Of a stretch of DNA of 64,000 nt, positions 46,901-61,900 are shown one piece after another. The position numbers were made by a program, and so were the translations under genes. The stretch lies in assembly GCF_040938485.1 (NCBI RefSeq), contig NW_027271416.1, positions 186,001 to 250,000 on the forward strand, in the 5' to 3' direction. Positions within the stretch are counted from its first letter, which is position 1. Each line of letters begins with the position of its first letter. The notes beneath the pieces are model-generated. The model was not told where the DNA came from, made no database searches, and was given only the letters and a program-made list of their open reading frames with translations. This DNA is from Diadema antillarum. Its lineage: Eukaryota.

Positions 46901-49900
46901 ACCTGACAGCACTGATGATTGTTGCAGCTAGTAGCCTTGTCATTGATCTCCTGTAATCCTAAATCAACTTTCACCTTCGCCATTTTCTCTTTTGTAGATT
47001 GAGTGCCATAGTCCTCTCCAAAGTTCTGAGTAAACTTTTCAGAAAGAGCATTTCCATTGAGTACATTGGATTCTTCTCCTGGAAAAACATTTCTGTGCAG
47101 TTGCCAAATTGCAGTGTGGTAAGTTTATAATTTTCTCATATTTTTTCCTTTTATTTCATACTCCAGGAATGATGACACAGTAGAAAACAAGGGATATGAG
47201 TTAAAAGAAGAATTAAGCAATATCGAACTTGTGTTTACTGAGAACTACGTCTACAGTATAAATCAGAGTAGCCTTGCACATTCAATATCTTTTCACTTCC
47301 CTTTAGGAAGAATTGTCATTGGAGTGTCCAGTAAATCTTATAAACTTGCACAGAGTTTCATTATCTTTGTTCAACAGGCATGTGAAACTGTAGCACCTTA
47401 TTGAAAAAAAGAAGAAAATAAAGTCACAGAGAGAATCACTGAATTCCTGTGTTAAAGAATTTTATGCAATGTTTTGTGTTAGCTTTTTTCCACATGCTTT
47501 AATTTTTTGTGCAGTTTTAGTGCTGGTCATGTCAAGGAATCAGCTTGTTTGAGTGTTTGAACCAAATCCACAGTACAAACACAGATATGAGATTGTACAG
47601 TTCTTCATAAATGTCTCCTTGTAAATATCAATGATGAAAATGTAAATTACAATTCTCCCCCAACTAGGTTGTAGATTGCATTTGGATATCATGGAGACTC
47701 TTCAACTCACAGCAGCAGTAAGTATTCCTTCGAATTATTGAAAACAAAATCACATTTCTGGACATCGTCTTGAAATTAGTCAATATGAAGTCTAACACAT
47801 ACTCTGTACATGTCCTATTTGTAGGAGATGTATTGCCCGCACCATGTCATACAATTCTTAATAATTTCATATATTGACTTTATCAAAGTCTCATCACAAG
47901 ACTGTGAAAGCTGTTATTTGATTTTTATTGCCTCTAGATGTTGGAGCATCACACAAAATTGGGACAACAGTATTTACTGCATGTTTCTACATGTACTCTG
48001 CCTCAAGTATTTCTTTTTTCTTCTCTTTTTTTTTTTTGGATAAATGAGAACCTGGACATGTACCTTATTCATGTTTTCAACTAGTACATTTTATATATTT
48101 GAGCAAAACAGTGAATGAATTGAAACCCTGAAGGAAGAGTTTTGCAGTGGATGTTTTATCATCAATAAAAAAAAATATTTCATCAAGACATATCCATAAT
48201 GGCAGAGTGGAAGTCCATTTTACATATGATGTCACTCAAAGTAAGACTGATGTGAAATTCGTTTCCCCTCCCCTGTGTTTGTTGTTCTTGTTGCATCTGT
48301 CAGATGCCCAATGGCCCTGCACATAGGAGATGTGAGTGTGCGGGCAGAACTCAGCGAAGAAGAGGGCGCCCCAGATGATGCTGCTCCCTTGAGACCAGTC
48401 TCCCAAGCAGACAGACCCAGAACAAGATCAGGTAATTTACATTGAGGCAATTATGGGGCGGGGGGGGGGGGGGGAGCTATTATTAATCTTGACCTCCCTC
48501 TGATGATGGGGATGAATGAAAGGGAAGTGTTTTCAAATGAGATGCATTGCAAATTTGAACATGTGATTTTACATGGTAGGTCTTTAATATTATGAATACA
48601 AATTAACAGGATTTGCATGTTTCAGATTTCAAAAAAGATAATTGAGTACCTATTTTGTAATTCGTGTACATTTTTTATGTCTGATTTCATTATTACATGT
48701 ACATGTACCTCCACCAAGGGAGGAGGAGATTAAGTCATCATTGGTGTTGGTTCGTCTGTTTGCAAAATAACACAAAAAGTTGTGTACGGATTTGAATTAA
48801 ACTTGTAGGAAAAGTGGATAATGACACAAGGAACAGATGAGTAAATTTTGGTAGTGGTTTACATGTTTTTTATGGATTTTTGAAAAATTTTCGTCTGTCA
48901 CATATAAGGTCAGTGAACTTGGTAGTAGTTCTAGTGGCACATACGTGTACTTTAGTGCATACTCTGCTCAGGCAAGGCGCATCACAGCTGGAAGCTGATG
49001 ACATAAACAAAAGACTGCTATATTGGGAAATTGCATGCGTGTTTGGGTGGGAATGAGTTGCTGGCTTGGCGGAGGTCTGCGCTCTCCGAGTACTTTTCAA
49101 GTTTTATTCTATTAATCATTAATGTATCTTTCTTTTCCATCTTTCTCTTTTATTACACAGGGTTGACCAAGGTTTTGATGAGTAGTGTTCCCACTCTTCT
49201 CCAGTATGCTGCACAGGTAATGTTTACATTTCAGGTGTTATTTTTTAATACAGTCATAATGAAATGTGCAAGTGTGTCCAGTGGAGACATGTTGTTCTGG
49301 TTCTCATTTTCTATCATTTCCAAAAATAAATAATTTAGCCAACAAAAAAAATCACACAAATCATTTGGAACATGAGTGACAGCCAAAGAATGACAAAATT
49401 TGTATTTCATTCTTATTATAAAAGAAACTGTTGATTACAACTGGAATATGAAACATAGGAACTATTCCTAACATCTTCATCATGCTACACTTCTGTACCA
49501 AGCAAAACAAAACAAAGTACATAAAAACAAACTCCAATGAAGAACTACATATCAGGGGGTGTTTCATCAACGTTTGTCAGTGCTGACAACTTGAATCACC
49601 ATAGTAACTGTCAGTGACCAGAGCATCTCAGCCAATCAAAACCAAGGATTTTGCTGAAATTGTCAGCGCTGACAGTTGTCAGCGCTGACAAACGTTGATG
49701 AAACACCCCCAGGACTTTGTTTGATAGCTGTAAATACAACTGTACCATGAATAATCCAATTCAAGGCTAGTGGAAGGCCTGTATTAACCATTGGTATGTC
49801 TGCTCTTTTATGGTAGGGTCATAAAGATTTTAACACAATAGCTACTAAGTTGTACTTTGAACATGGGGGATGGGGGCTCAAAAACGAAGGAAACAGACCA

Positions 49901-52900
49901 CACACATTATGTAATGATGGCAACATGCTGTCTGTAAGAAAGATAATCTTGCGTCTAGTTTGGATGATTTGCTCCAGAAGTTCTGTCTGGAGTTTCCATG
50001 ATAGTGCATATAGTGACACCTTCATGATTTGGATTAGACTACTGGTACTGATATCATTCGATTTGATCCAATCCTGTCTAAAATTGCATCGAAGAGAATG
50101 AGTAGGAAGTTGACCATTGGAGCTATTATTAGCCACCTGCCAGTGCTGTAGTGTCATGTCTAATGTGTGATACAAGCATCTTACTTAGTACTATTTCCCT
50201 TGTCTTGCACAGGAGGCAGAGAATAAAGGTTGCTACAGTATGTGGTAATAAGGAATCAGTATGCTTTAAAACTCCTGAGAAAGAACATATCTCGGCACTT
50301 GTAATTACATTCAATCCCATGTGGCAGATATTTCTTCCTAGCAATTATTAATTGCAATTTTCATTTGCATCCTACATGCATGTGAGAGAAGGGATATAGA
50401 TAACAAAAAATTCAGATCCTACCCCCTTCTGAATGTTGCTGTTATTGACTTGTGTGTGGCATAACAAGGGCTGTCACCAGTGTGATGTGACGTAGTTTCC
50501 TCAATGCGCTGTCCCAGTAATGATGATATTGCTTGTATGTGTTGTAAAGTAGTCACCTGGGGTGAATCATATAATGGTTTGGTATAAAGATTGATTTGCA
50601 AAAAAAAAAAAAAGTTGTGTCAATTTCTTACTACGTACAGGTTTGCTTTACGGAAAAGAGTGTAATCAAACAAAAATAATTGTTGAGCTTTCATCCAAAT
50701 TGGATGTAAACTTTGAAAGAAATTGAAAGCATAAATGTTGATCTGTTTTTATCAAAAGAGGGCTGTCCGTAACAGTCATAGTAGTAGTAGTCAAGTATGA
50801 CTGCACAACTCTTCTCTTCTAGCTTGACCTGCTAAGAAAGCGCTGATAAATTTCCTTTTTTTTTAATGTGATGTTTTAAAAGAAAAACTTTATTCTTCAC
50901 ACGAAATTTTTGTTGTGTTGCAGTAATCGTGCAAAGATAACTTTCACAGGCAAAGGCTGATGCTTGTTCAATCACTGACCACATTGTAAGATTTTAATGA
51001 TATTTTTATGCACTAATGCGTGGAAGAGTTGTGAGTTGACATGTTCAGCTCAACTAATTGCCATATTGGGTTTTGACCAGCATCTCTATCAGCCAAATTA
51101 TGAGAAACCTAAGTTTATAATTTTCTCAGGTCCAAATATGAACAAGCATCTACCATTCTGATTTACTGATTTTACTCTTTGTTTATCAAACACAACAAAA
51201 AATATTGGCTGAAATTGCACTTTGATGTGAATGAGATATGGTCAGAGCGTCATCTCTTTTAAGAGTATCTACCAATCTCTATCTGCAGTAATACCACTAA
51301 TGGTATAAGTGTTTACACCTTCCTATGTTTCATGGTGCTCAAGTTTTCCTTTTTATTTTATTTTTTCTCAATCATTGCCACCCTTCTTCATCCACCTCAG
51401 CTGACTTCATTCCACATGGAGGCTGTGAACATCATGCTGCTAGGAGCCATGGGGGTGGACTCCCTTCTCCACGTCACGGTTTCTGGGGTCTCGCTGGTTG
51501 GACAGTCGTCCAGCGATGGGTGAGAATTCCTGTACCTACCTGTTGATCAGATACTAAATTCCCTTCTGCTTGTAGATCTGATTCTGTGTAATGTTTCAGG
51601 TTGAATTCTACAGATAACTGGAGAAAAATGCTTACGTTGAATGTGAATGATTTCTCATGATTCCTTTGAACAGAGATTAGCATTTCATTTGTTTATGCTC
51701 ATTTGAGCTCTTTACAGTCAACAAGATTTCTATTAACTAAAGAAATTTAATAGTTTTACTTCAGTTGATAACTTCAAAGGATGATGAAGGTATGCCTTCA
51801 AGCTTTCTAGTATTCACAGGTGCTTGCTCTTTTATGGTATGCATGGTCAAGTGCTTCAATACAAATAACAAGAAACAAAAAAAGATGCCAAATTTTTTTT
51901 AAGTGTGCCGTAATTACCCCCTTTAAAATGCTGTCATATACAATAATCATACTTGCTTGCTCCTGATTGTTAATATATCTTGGATATCACAGGGTCATCG
52001 CTGCAGACTTTTTCTCCCAGCAGCTGTCACTGAAAATGCTGCGCAGCACAAAGCCGGTATGTCACTTTCTGTTCTCAGACAAGAGGGAGAGATTTGTTTT
52101 CCCCCTTCTGATTCAATCTGATTTGAATATTTCGTTAGGTAAAGACAGACTGCTCTGCATGTTTACTTTTATATGACATGTATAAACACAAAAAGTATGT
52201 CTTGTGATTTGATGTGAAATTTCTTTTTTGTTTTTCTGTATCACATCCAAATATTCACCCAATTTCACTCTGTTTTTTATTTGCACGTAACAGACCGTGT
52301 TTTGAGAAATTGTTTTATGTGTATTGATAGACCATTTGCCAATTTCAATTTTTTTTTGTGTGTGATAAAGTTTAAACAGAGCAGACTGCAGAGTAAGTAT
52401 TTTGAAAAGTAGAAAAAGTTCAAATTTGCAAAAAGACAAATGTTTAATGTTTCATCATTGTCCTGTATAGATTTAAGATTAGGAATGATTAGGCTGGAAA
52501 ATATTGCACTTCATGAAGCGTGTTACCATGGCATTTGAATTGACCCATTGTGTATCAGTGACATGCTTTGCATCATTGCAAGAAAATTTCTGATATGTTT
52601 ATCAATGGATTCTCATATAAATGAAAATTTAAATACTTGTCTCACCTCTGCCCCCCACCCTTCTCTCTCCAACTGCTGACCTGTGACCTCAGAGTGATGG
52701 AGACCAGTCGCACGTCGCACAAGCATCGGTCAGTCTCAAGGTGTCCACACAGATTGACCTGATGCAGAGAGTTCTTACGGTAAGGTCATACTTCCATCCA
52801 TGAAACTTTGACCTAATAGGCATACGTGCCAACAACCTTTGATGAAGTACAAGTGTAGTGCTGGTGGTAAAGTTGCCTTCCCTCAAGACTTCAGTTTTTT

Positions 52901-55900
52901 GTAAAATGTAAAACCATGTCCCTGAACTCACTTGGCACTCAGCTACTCAGTGTGACAAAGTTGTATACATGTAATTGTATTGTATGTATTGTATTGTAAT
53001 ACATGACATTGTATGGACAGTTTTTACTTACTTATTATAGTTATACCCCCGCCAAACGAAGTTTGAAGGGGGTATATAGGAATCAGCGGACGGTCGGGCG
53101 GTCGGGCGGTCGGGCGGTCGGGCGGTCGGGCGGTCGGTCGGGCGGTCGGTCGGGCGGTCGGTCGGGCGGTCGGTCGGGCGGTCGGTCCGTTGCAAATCTT
53201 GCGTCGCGAACTACTTCCTCAGTTTTCAACCGATTCCCATAAAACTTGGCACAGATGTGTGCCTTGGGTTGTAGATGTGCAAGACGTATTTTTTGACAGT
53301 ACCCAAAAGTACGTTGCCGTGGTAACGGCATATTATGGGCAAAAATGGGTACAAATCTTGCGTCGCGAACTCCTCCCACAGTTTTTGATCAATTTTTATG
53401 AAATTAGGTACAGATGTTCATCTGAATATGTTAATGTGCAAGACACATATTTCCGCAGTGGCAAAAAGTGCGTTGCCATGGTAACGGCATGTTATTGGTA
53501 AAATATAGGGCAAAATGCTTCATGGCAAAACTGCTTCATCAGTGTTCTTCCAATTCTCATGGAATTCATATTGAATGTTTGTCTTAGGATATAGGTCAGC
53601 ATGACACATTTCTTGACAGTGACAAAAAGTATGTTGCCATGGTAACAGCTCACATATTATGAGCCAAAATGATGGAAAATTTTGTGTTGCAAACTACTTC
53701 CTCATTTTTTGCCCAATTTCCATGAAACTTGGTACAGATGTGTGCCTTTGGTTGTAGATGTGCAAGACGCATTTTTTGACAGTACCCGAAAGTACGTTGC
53801 CATGGTAACGGCATATTAATGGCAGAAGATCAAGGAAAGATCTTGCGGATTTAACTACTTCCTCAGTTTTTTGACCAAAGCTTATGAAATGTGGCACACA
53901 CCTTGATCTTGGTGGGAAGATGTGGAAGACATATTTTTCGGACGTGTCGGAAGCTGCGTTGCCATGGTAACGGCATATAAATGGCAGAAGATCAAGGAAA
54001 GATCTTGCGGATTGAACTACTTCCTCTGTATTCGACTGAAGCTCATGAAATGTGGCACACACATTGGTCTTGGTGGGAAGATGTGCAAGACATATTTTTT
54101 GGACGTGTCGGAAGCTGCGTTGCCATGGTAACGGCATATTAATGGCGGAAGATCAAGGAAAGATCTTGTGGATTGAACTACTTCCTCAGTTTTTGACAAA
54201 AGCTTATGAAATGTGGCACACACAATAGTCTTGGTGGGAAGATGTGCAAGACATATTTTTCGGACGTGTCGGAAGCTGCGTTGCCATGGTAACGGCATTT
54301 AAATGGCAGAAGATCAAGGAAAGATCATTCCTTGGGTAAGACTGTCGTCACGGGGCGGGGGTATTAATCACCTTAAGTGATATTTCTAGTTTTATACGTT
54401 GTAGTGTAGCTTTTGAAGAGTCTACATAGAAGAAAGAAAGAATTTCTTCATGAATATCTATGAAGGATGATTAATATGAGCACGTGGATCGCAGAATGGC
54501 ACAAAGAATTTAAAAGGATATGGCTTGCAAGTTACCTTTCTTCTTCAGCCGTGCAAAAAAAAGAAAAAAGAAAATGTGAAGTATAATTATGCTCATCTGA
54601 TGACAAGGATTTGTCCCCAAAAAATCCAATTGCTTTTTTAAATAAAATGTATTTCCCCTAATTTGTTTTCTTACTGTTAAATTTCATATTCTGTTCAAAT
54701 TGTATGTTCCATTTGCAGTCAAATTGTTAAAACATGCAGAATTGACACTTAAATGGGATTTTATTTGGAATGTTAAATTTGTGTTCTTCTTGAAGGATGA
54801 GCTATTGGTTTGATTTAGTTATTCACTTTGATTGTACTTATTTTATTGGCAGCTAATCACGAATGTATGTATCAACATATCTATTCTATCTGTGCAAAGG
54901 TAGGCTACGAGAGCACTATGACTTATTTCAAAGATTTTCATTTGGAAAAAAGTTATAGTTTCATGGCATTTAGATATATCATTTTCATGTTTTGATGTGT
55001 CATAGACTCTCTTTGTGGAAGTTGGAAGTCCGAATATCACAATATATGATGGTAAGTTTGGACACAATTTAGCGTCTACTATTGTGACTGAATTTTCATC
55101 AATATCTGACTTCTTTGACCTTTAATACATGTGAATGCACCTTTTCAATGTCAAAACCAGGATAGATTAATTTTTCTGGTTTTGTGTTTGTTTTTGAGAG
55201 CTCTTTTTCATCTCTTTCAGATAACAATTTCAATTGTCGGTAACAATACTTTTGTATGTAATGTGTGTGGATCTCACAACATCATTTTCTATCACTAACT
55301 ATTTGTTACACTTACAGCTGATGACTAATGTGTAAGTTTCTTTGGATAAAGACCAGTCAAATGTGAAATAAGCATGATTCAAGAACAATGCATTGAAACC
55401 TACCACTGTATACTTGAATCTGAGACCAAGACATGAAAAGCAAGGATTTTAATTGTGCAGCAAATGTTTTTATGAGAATATGCAACAATCATACTCTGCA
55501 TGGTAAAAGTTATCTTTTATGTGTTCTATCTTGCTTTTGAAGCTACCTTCCAACCCAGGATTCCGACAGGTAGTATCAGAGCTTACAGTTATTTGATGCA
55601 GAATATTCTGAATTATTTATATTGCACTGACAAAGACATCCACGACAGATGTTGATCATGATCATCAAATTCCCAAATTAAAAGAAAAGACAGCCACTGC
55701 AAAGCCTCCATTCATAGCAACCTTCCTTATTCGTCATCATTTCCCTTCCCTTCATCTTTCTCTCTCTTTCTCATCTGAGTCATATGATAAACACATTTAT
55801 TCTTCTATTGAAACAAAATATGCGCTGTCCATAGCATGACAAAACCCTCTCGATCTGTGCTGTACTCCGTTGATGCACACAAATTTGTGACATCATCGTG

Positions 55901-58900
55901 AGTTGTGTTGCATAAATGATTACAGACTCCCAGCTTCCCTCTTTGTTGCCACAAAATTGATGAAAGTGTGTTATGAAACAGTGAGGAATCTGTTAGACAA
56001 ATTCCTGTGCCCCCCCCCCCCCAACACACACACACCCAAAGAAGAGGGAAAAATATAGAGCAAGAAATGTTGGGAGAGCTCTTCTTGTAAACTGTGCAGT
56101 GCATTGGCCCAGTTTGGAAAGGGACCAATATGTAGCACAAAACAAAACTATGTACTATATTTTCAATGAAATCATTGACATTACAGGAAAGTCCAGATTT
56201 TTAGCATGCAGAAAATTTCAAATATGTGTGTGTGTGTAAGTGTGTATATTATGACATATATGAAAGTCACTTGCAGAAGTTATGAGTCTTTATGATAGAC
56301 TCGAATAGGGCATAATGACATAAATTCTCAAAACTGTCACTTCATGTGTTTCTTCTCTGTGTGTGTTACCTGTGGACAATTCTTGTCTATGTTTTAAAGA
56401 GGGTGTGTGCTATCAGTCATTTCATTTTAGCTATTTTTTTTTTCTGAATCTATCATTAATAATCACCACCTCTGCACATTTCTGGTAGCCTCACTTTTCA
56501 CATTCCTCGTTTCAGGTTTCTTGCCCACTGGTCTCACACGAGTGTCTAAAGCAACCCCTGCTGTGATGCCAGGTAGAAATAACAGAATATTCAGGGAAAT
56601 AACCAACAATAATATCCTTTTAGACTCTTTGATTTGTTGTTGTTGTGTGTGTGCTTTCTATTCTTGCTGTTAATCAAATTAGGCAGTGAAAATAATGATT
56701 GTTGTTATGATTACTATTATTATGATCATCGCTATCATCATTATTATTGATATGATAGTGGTGATTATGATGATGGTAACTACTATTATCATCATCATCG
56801 TCATTCAGCTATAATCAAATTTTGCTGACAGTTGTTGAGGGTGTGTAGTTACATGGCCTGGGCCCTGTTTCATCAAAAGATAAAATCGATTTTAAATTTC
56901 CTGACCACACAGGTTGCCATAGACTTACAGTTGAAATCAATTATATAATCAATTTTAACTCTTCATAAAACAGGGCCTTGAGGTATATATTTATCAGCCT
57001 ATTATTTTCATTTGAGCAGTGGTAATCTCCATTACTCTGCAGTGGAAATTTTTCTGTATTTTGAGCAACCAAAAACACATGCAAAAATAAAAGCACACAA
57101 ATGTTTTTGCTTGTTGTATTTAATACAAATGTTTTAATTCCACAGAAAAGAAAATATCGTGTTATCTGACCATATCCGAAATATTACTCGCACAAAAATG
57201 TCCTCTTTTTCAGTATATTATCAATTTATTTTGTTCATTCAACATGATTATTGAGTAAAGGATTGAGTAATACTCTCAAAAGAGATGTGTCAGTGACCAA
57301 AAAAAAAGAAGAAAAAAAGAAGACAAACGCCAAGTTATAGAATAATATATTAGTTAAAACTTATATCATGTCTTCAAGAATATTTGTCAAAATTTGTTTG
57401 AGTTTCATTAGTCCAAACCATCGTTTCTTGCAAAGTGCTCTTCTCCCCCTTCCAGTTCTTTTCCTTTTCTACTTTGGGAATCCTTTCTCATGCAAAGTGA
57501 AGAAAAAACAGGATATATGTGACCCGCTACAACAAAAAGGTCCTAAAGTCGCGCACGGTCGAAGCCGTGAAAATCGAGTTTGAAGTCAGAGCATTAAAAT
57601 TGGTCAAAACTTATGATTTTCTGATTTTGATATATTATTGGAGTCTAACATGTCTTCTATCATCTGTCGAAATTTTGAAGCAAAATGATCAAAGGAATGA
57701 TGAAAAAATAGCGTTTTTCTGAGCCATGTTTTTTGGCGTTTCAACGAAGCAGAGACTGGTTCGAAAATTTGGATTGAGCGCCACAGATAGGTTCCGCCCC
57801 CAACAACGACCAGAGTGATCTCATTGGTCAGTTTGCTGCTTGCTGCTAACCGAAGCGTGAAGCTCGCACACTGCCCAGTCGACTGGTGTGTGCGGGCGGG
57901 GTGCGCTATGCTCAGCCGCTTCTCACATTCTGGTCACTGATTGGTTGGTGAGGAGACCGCCGACGCTGATGTGCTTGAATGAACTCTTCAGGGGTTGCTA
58001 GGGCTTACCTTCTATTGTCCAGAGGTGAAAACTGACTTGCATGTCCCTTGATCGCGATTGCGTCAAAAGGAAGACTTTTAGGGCGCTTTTCTCGAAACAG
58101 TGATTTTCCAGACGTCTCGACATGCTCTCTTTTAAACATCGATATTTTTATTTTAGCCGATTATTTTTATAAAATGTGTTATATATCAACTTAAAGCAGA
58201 AAGATTAGGGGATTATATCATGCAATTTTCAAATACTCGACCTCGCCCGACTTTAGGATCATTTTGTTGTAGCGGGTCACATATTGTTCTCCTCTGTGCT
58301 GTACAGTACAAGAAGTAAAGGATTTGCTGTCATTCATCAAAGCATTCATACCTGCAGCATGCAAAAAATTTGTATCTGCGTATTCATTAAATGTAATCTA
58401 AAAAGATTTTCTGATGATTATTGGGTTTTTTTTTAATGACTTCCACATTCATGTCATGTAGAAATATGATTGCGTCTAGGTTGTCTCTTTTATACTTAGT
58501 AATGGTCTTTATGTCCTTACAGTGCAAGAGGAATTTGTCGATGCACCATCAACAGCACAGCATGAGAATGCTCTGGCACAGAAACTAAAAATCATCACCA
58601 GAACTTTTCCAGAGGTAAGATTTCCACTGTGTGGCTGACTCCAAAACTCTGTGTTATGAATAGTAGATAACAATGTCGTTGTTCACTAGAAAGGGCAATA
58701 CAATACTGTGTATATGTCTCTAATTTTGTTCACTGCAACGTACAAGATACCCCTTGTACCACATGCTGTGGGAAAGAAAACTGTGTCTGGAGTCGCCAAA
58801 GGAAATGACATTGCTTGACGATGACAAATGTCAAATAATTCCAGTAGACCTTATCTGAAAATTCTGTAAGCATGCACCGGTTTAACACTATTTTCTAAAA

Positions 58901-61900
58901 ACATTGCCTCTACTGACCCAATACCACACTAGAGACGTATTACTGGGGAGCAGTGTTGGAGCGTGGCTTGCTATTTCCCTTCTCTTTGTTCTCAACAGGA
59001 GGCATGTTTGGACATCACGGCAGCTTCTTGGCAGATGGTTTTACAGGGAGGTCAGAGGTATGTATTTATCATGCTTTCAGTCTACATACAAAGAACCTGC
59101 TTTTAAAGGACAAGTTCACCTTCATAAACATAAGGATTGAGAAAATGCAACAATATTAGTAGAACACATCAGTGAAAGTTTGAGGAAAATTGGACAATCG
59201 ATGCAAAAGTTATGAATTTTTTAAATTTTTGTGTTGGAACCGCTGGATGAGGAGACTACTACAGCTTGTGAGTCATATGCGTACAACAGTATAAAGAAAA
59301 TATAAAAGACAATTCAACATATTTTCACTTTTTTCGCATAATAAAAGAGCAATTGACTTGCCTCTTTCTAAAGGCAGGGGGAATAATATTACCCATAACA
59401 TTTATCGGTAACGAGTCAGGGGAATGTGTACTTTTTTCAAAAGATGGAATTTTGTGAAATTCTCTTTATATTTTCCTTATATTGTTGTACGCATGTGACA
59501 TCTTAGTTATTTATACACTGCAGTAGTCTTCTCATCCAGCGGGTACTGCACAAAAACTTCAAAAATTCATAACTTTTGAACGGATTGTCCGATTTTCCTC
59601 AAACTTTCAATGATGTGTTCTACTAATATTGCTATATTCTCTCAATCCTTATGTTTATGAAGGTGAACTTGTCCTTTAAGTTTCTCATTTGAGTGATTAC
59701 AATAATAGTGATAATAATAATGATAATTTACAATATTTATATAGCACATTATCACATGAAAAATCTCTAAGCACTAGGGCAAAAAAAGAAAGATATTTCC
59801 ATTCTAGTCATGCTCATGTATGATATGAAAGAGGAAGTAGAATCCACGCTGCTTGCATGTCGATTTGTACACTGATGTGATAACCATCGTACGGTAAATT
59901 ACTCATGGAGGAGCTGCAGAGGAATTATATAAAGGAAAAAGATATTGATGTCAGTTTGAGCTAAGAGCTATAAACCTATCCTTTTGATATAGTGGTGATG
60001 ATGGAGATGATGGTGGTGGTGGTGATGTCGAGGATGATAATCGTGATGGCGATGATGAGGATGATAATGGTGATGGTGATGATGATGAAGATGATGATGG
60101 TGATTATGGTGATGATAATGATGATGCTAAGAGTTAGATTAAGGTCACACTAAAGCAAAGTCTGCAGTGGCATGATATTTTTTTTTTTCAGATCACTGCA
60201 GTTCAACACCCAGAGCATCACACTGACCAGTCAGCTAGCCAGCCGGGAGGGCATCATCTGCTCCCAAAATGAGGACCTCTTGCTGCCCCCACTCACCTGT
60301 CATCTAACATGCTCAGGTAGAGATCATGGACTGCAAGAGCAGATTAGAATTGTCACTGCCTGTCTGTTATAGTCTGCTATTCTTGTACCATAAAATCCCT
60401 TGAAATGTGCGAGCTATGTTGGTATCTTACTTCGGATCACTTGATATGCAATGAATATCAATAAGCCAGTTTGCTACTGTATTCAAATTCATTGATATGG
60501 CTTTTCTAAGGATCAAGTTATGTATTTAATAGTTGATGCACCTGTTCAGTGCTTTGAATCTACTCTGAATCTAGTCACACTATTGACTGTGGCCATGTCT
60601 GGCAGCAGCAATCTAGTGTTATAAGAGATAACCCATGTTGTAAAGACGTGCACAAAATTTGCATGTGTGAGAAAACTAGCCTGTTTGTGAGGCATAGTTT
60701 ATCATTGATCACTCCATTGAGCTTGATAAAGAAGGCTATAGCTCTGATGGTGTAAAATTTTGGAAGGTATATTGTCTTCTATGTGAGTGTCGTTTGATTA
60801 TGAAAGGACAAAGCAGGGGGGGGGGGGGGAGTGGGGAAGAAGGTTGTTAAAAGGTAAGAGCTTTGGACTATATTTACACCAATCTGGCTCCAAACCATCA
60901 ACAGTATGCTGTGTTCCTGTGGCATCCACTGAGCATACCATTTTACTTATACTCCTGAAATTCATCTAGTTTATTTTCCTCACATTTGATGCCTAATGAG
61001 ATTCATGGAACGGTCAGAGCTTTTAAATACCAGTAGTGTTCGCACTATAGGCTATGGAAACAATTGATGCTTTGTTGTATTCTCATCAATAAATACATAT
61101 GCCATGTGAAGAAGGCTTTACACCGTATGTATGAAATACATTGACATACATGTGCATAATTACACTCTCTTTCTAAGCTTGTGTAATTTTCAAACGTAAG
61201 TTTTGATAAGCAGAAAATATAAAATATGATTATACACCTATTCAAACATTCTTTGCAGGTGTCGAAATTGTGAATGCAGCTTCAACAAAGTTGCTCAGGA
61301 TGACGAGTCTCAAGACATATCTTGTGGTAAGAATATCCAGCCATTCTGGTATCATGATCACTCTGCTTTTTGAAAGATATCTTTGAATGTCAGTCATAAA
61401 ATGTACCAAGCCAGCGTGCAATAGGAGGAAAACGTTAGCTCTCTGTACATGAAGATAGGTAATCTGGATATACTGAGTCACAGAACATTGATACTGCGTG
61501 TGTAGATAGTTAAATATGTGTGTTAACACTTTAGGAAATTTGTGAATGAACTGTATTTCAATCACAAAGTTTCATTCATTGTACAGTCTTGTGACAAAAT
61601 GCCTGAATTAATTCTAGGCATTACATTTTGTAAGGCCATATTAAGGAAACCTGAAGGCCAGATATTACTCCGCGGTATTTCCTCTCTCTTTCATTTCTTG
61701 CTTTGGTGCATGTAGATCAACGAGAGGTGCGTTCAGATCGGCATAGAACTCCAGCGAGGCCACTCCTTGTACAACGAAGAGGAGATCATATTCTGGGCTG
61801 CCTGGGTGATGGAGACCATCGCCCAGCGCAAGCCCCGCTCAACCTCAGCCTCGTCCACAGGATCGACGGCATCGACATCGTCGTCCAGGTCATCATCACC

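Noticed and set aside
53083-54298. ORFs of 69-147 aa with internal repeats (MPLPWQRSFRHV..., DRPP repeats)
   Set aside because: They are translations of the tandem cores and microsatellite of a non-autonomous element.
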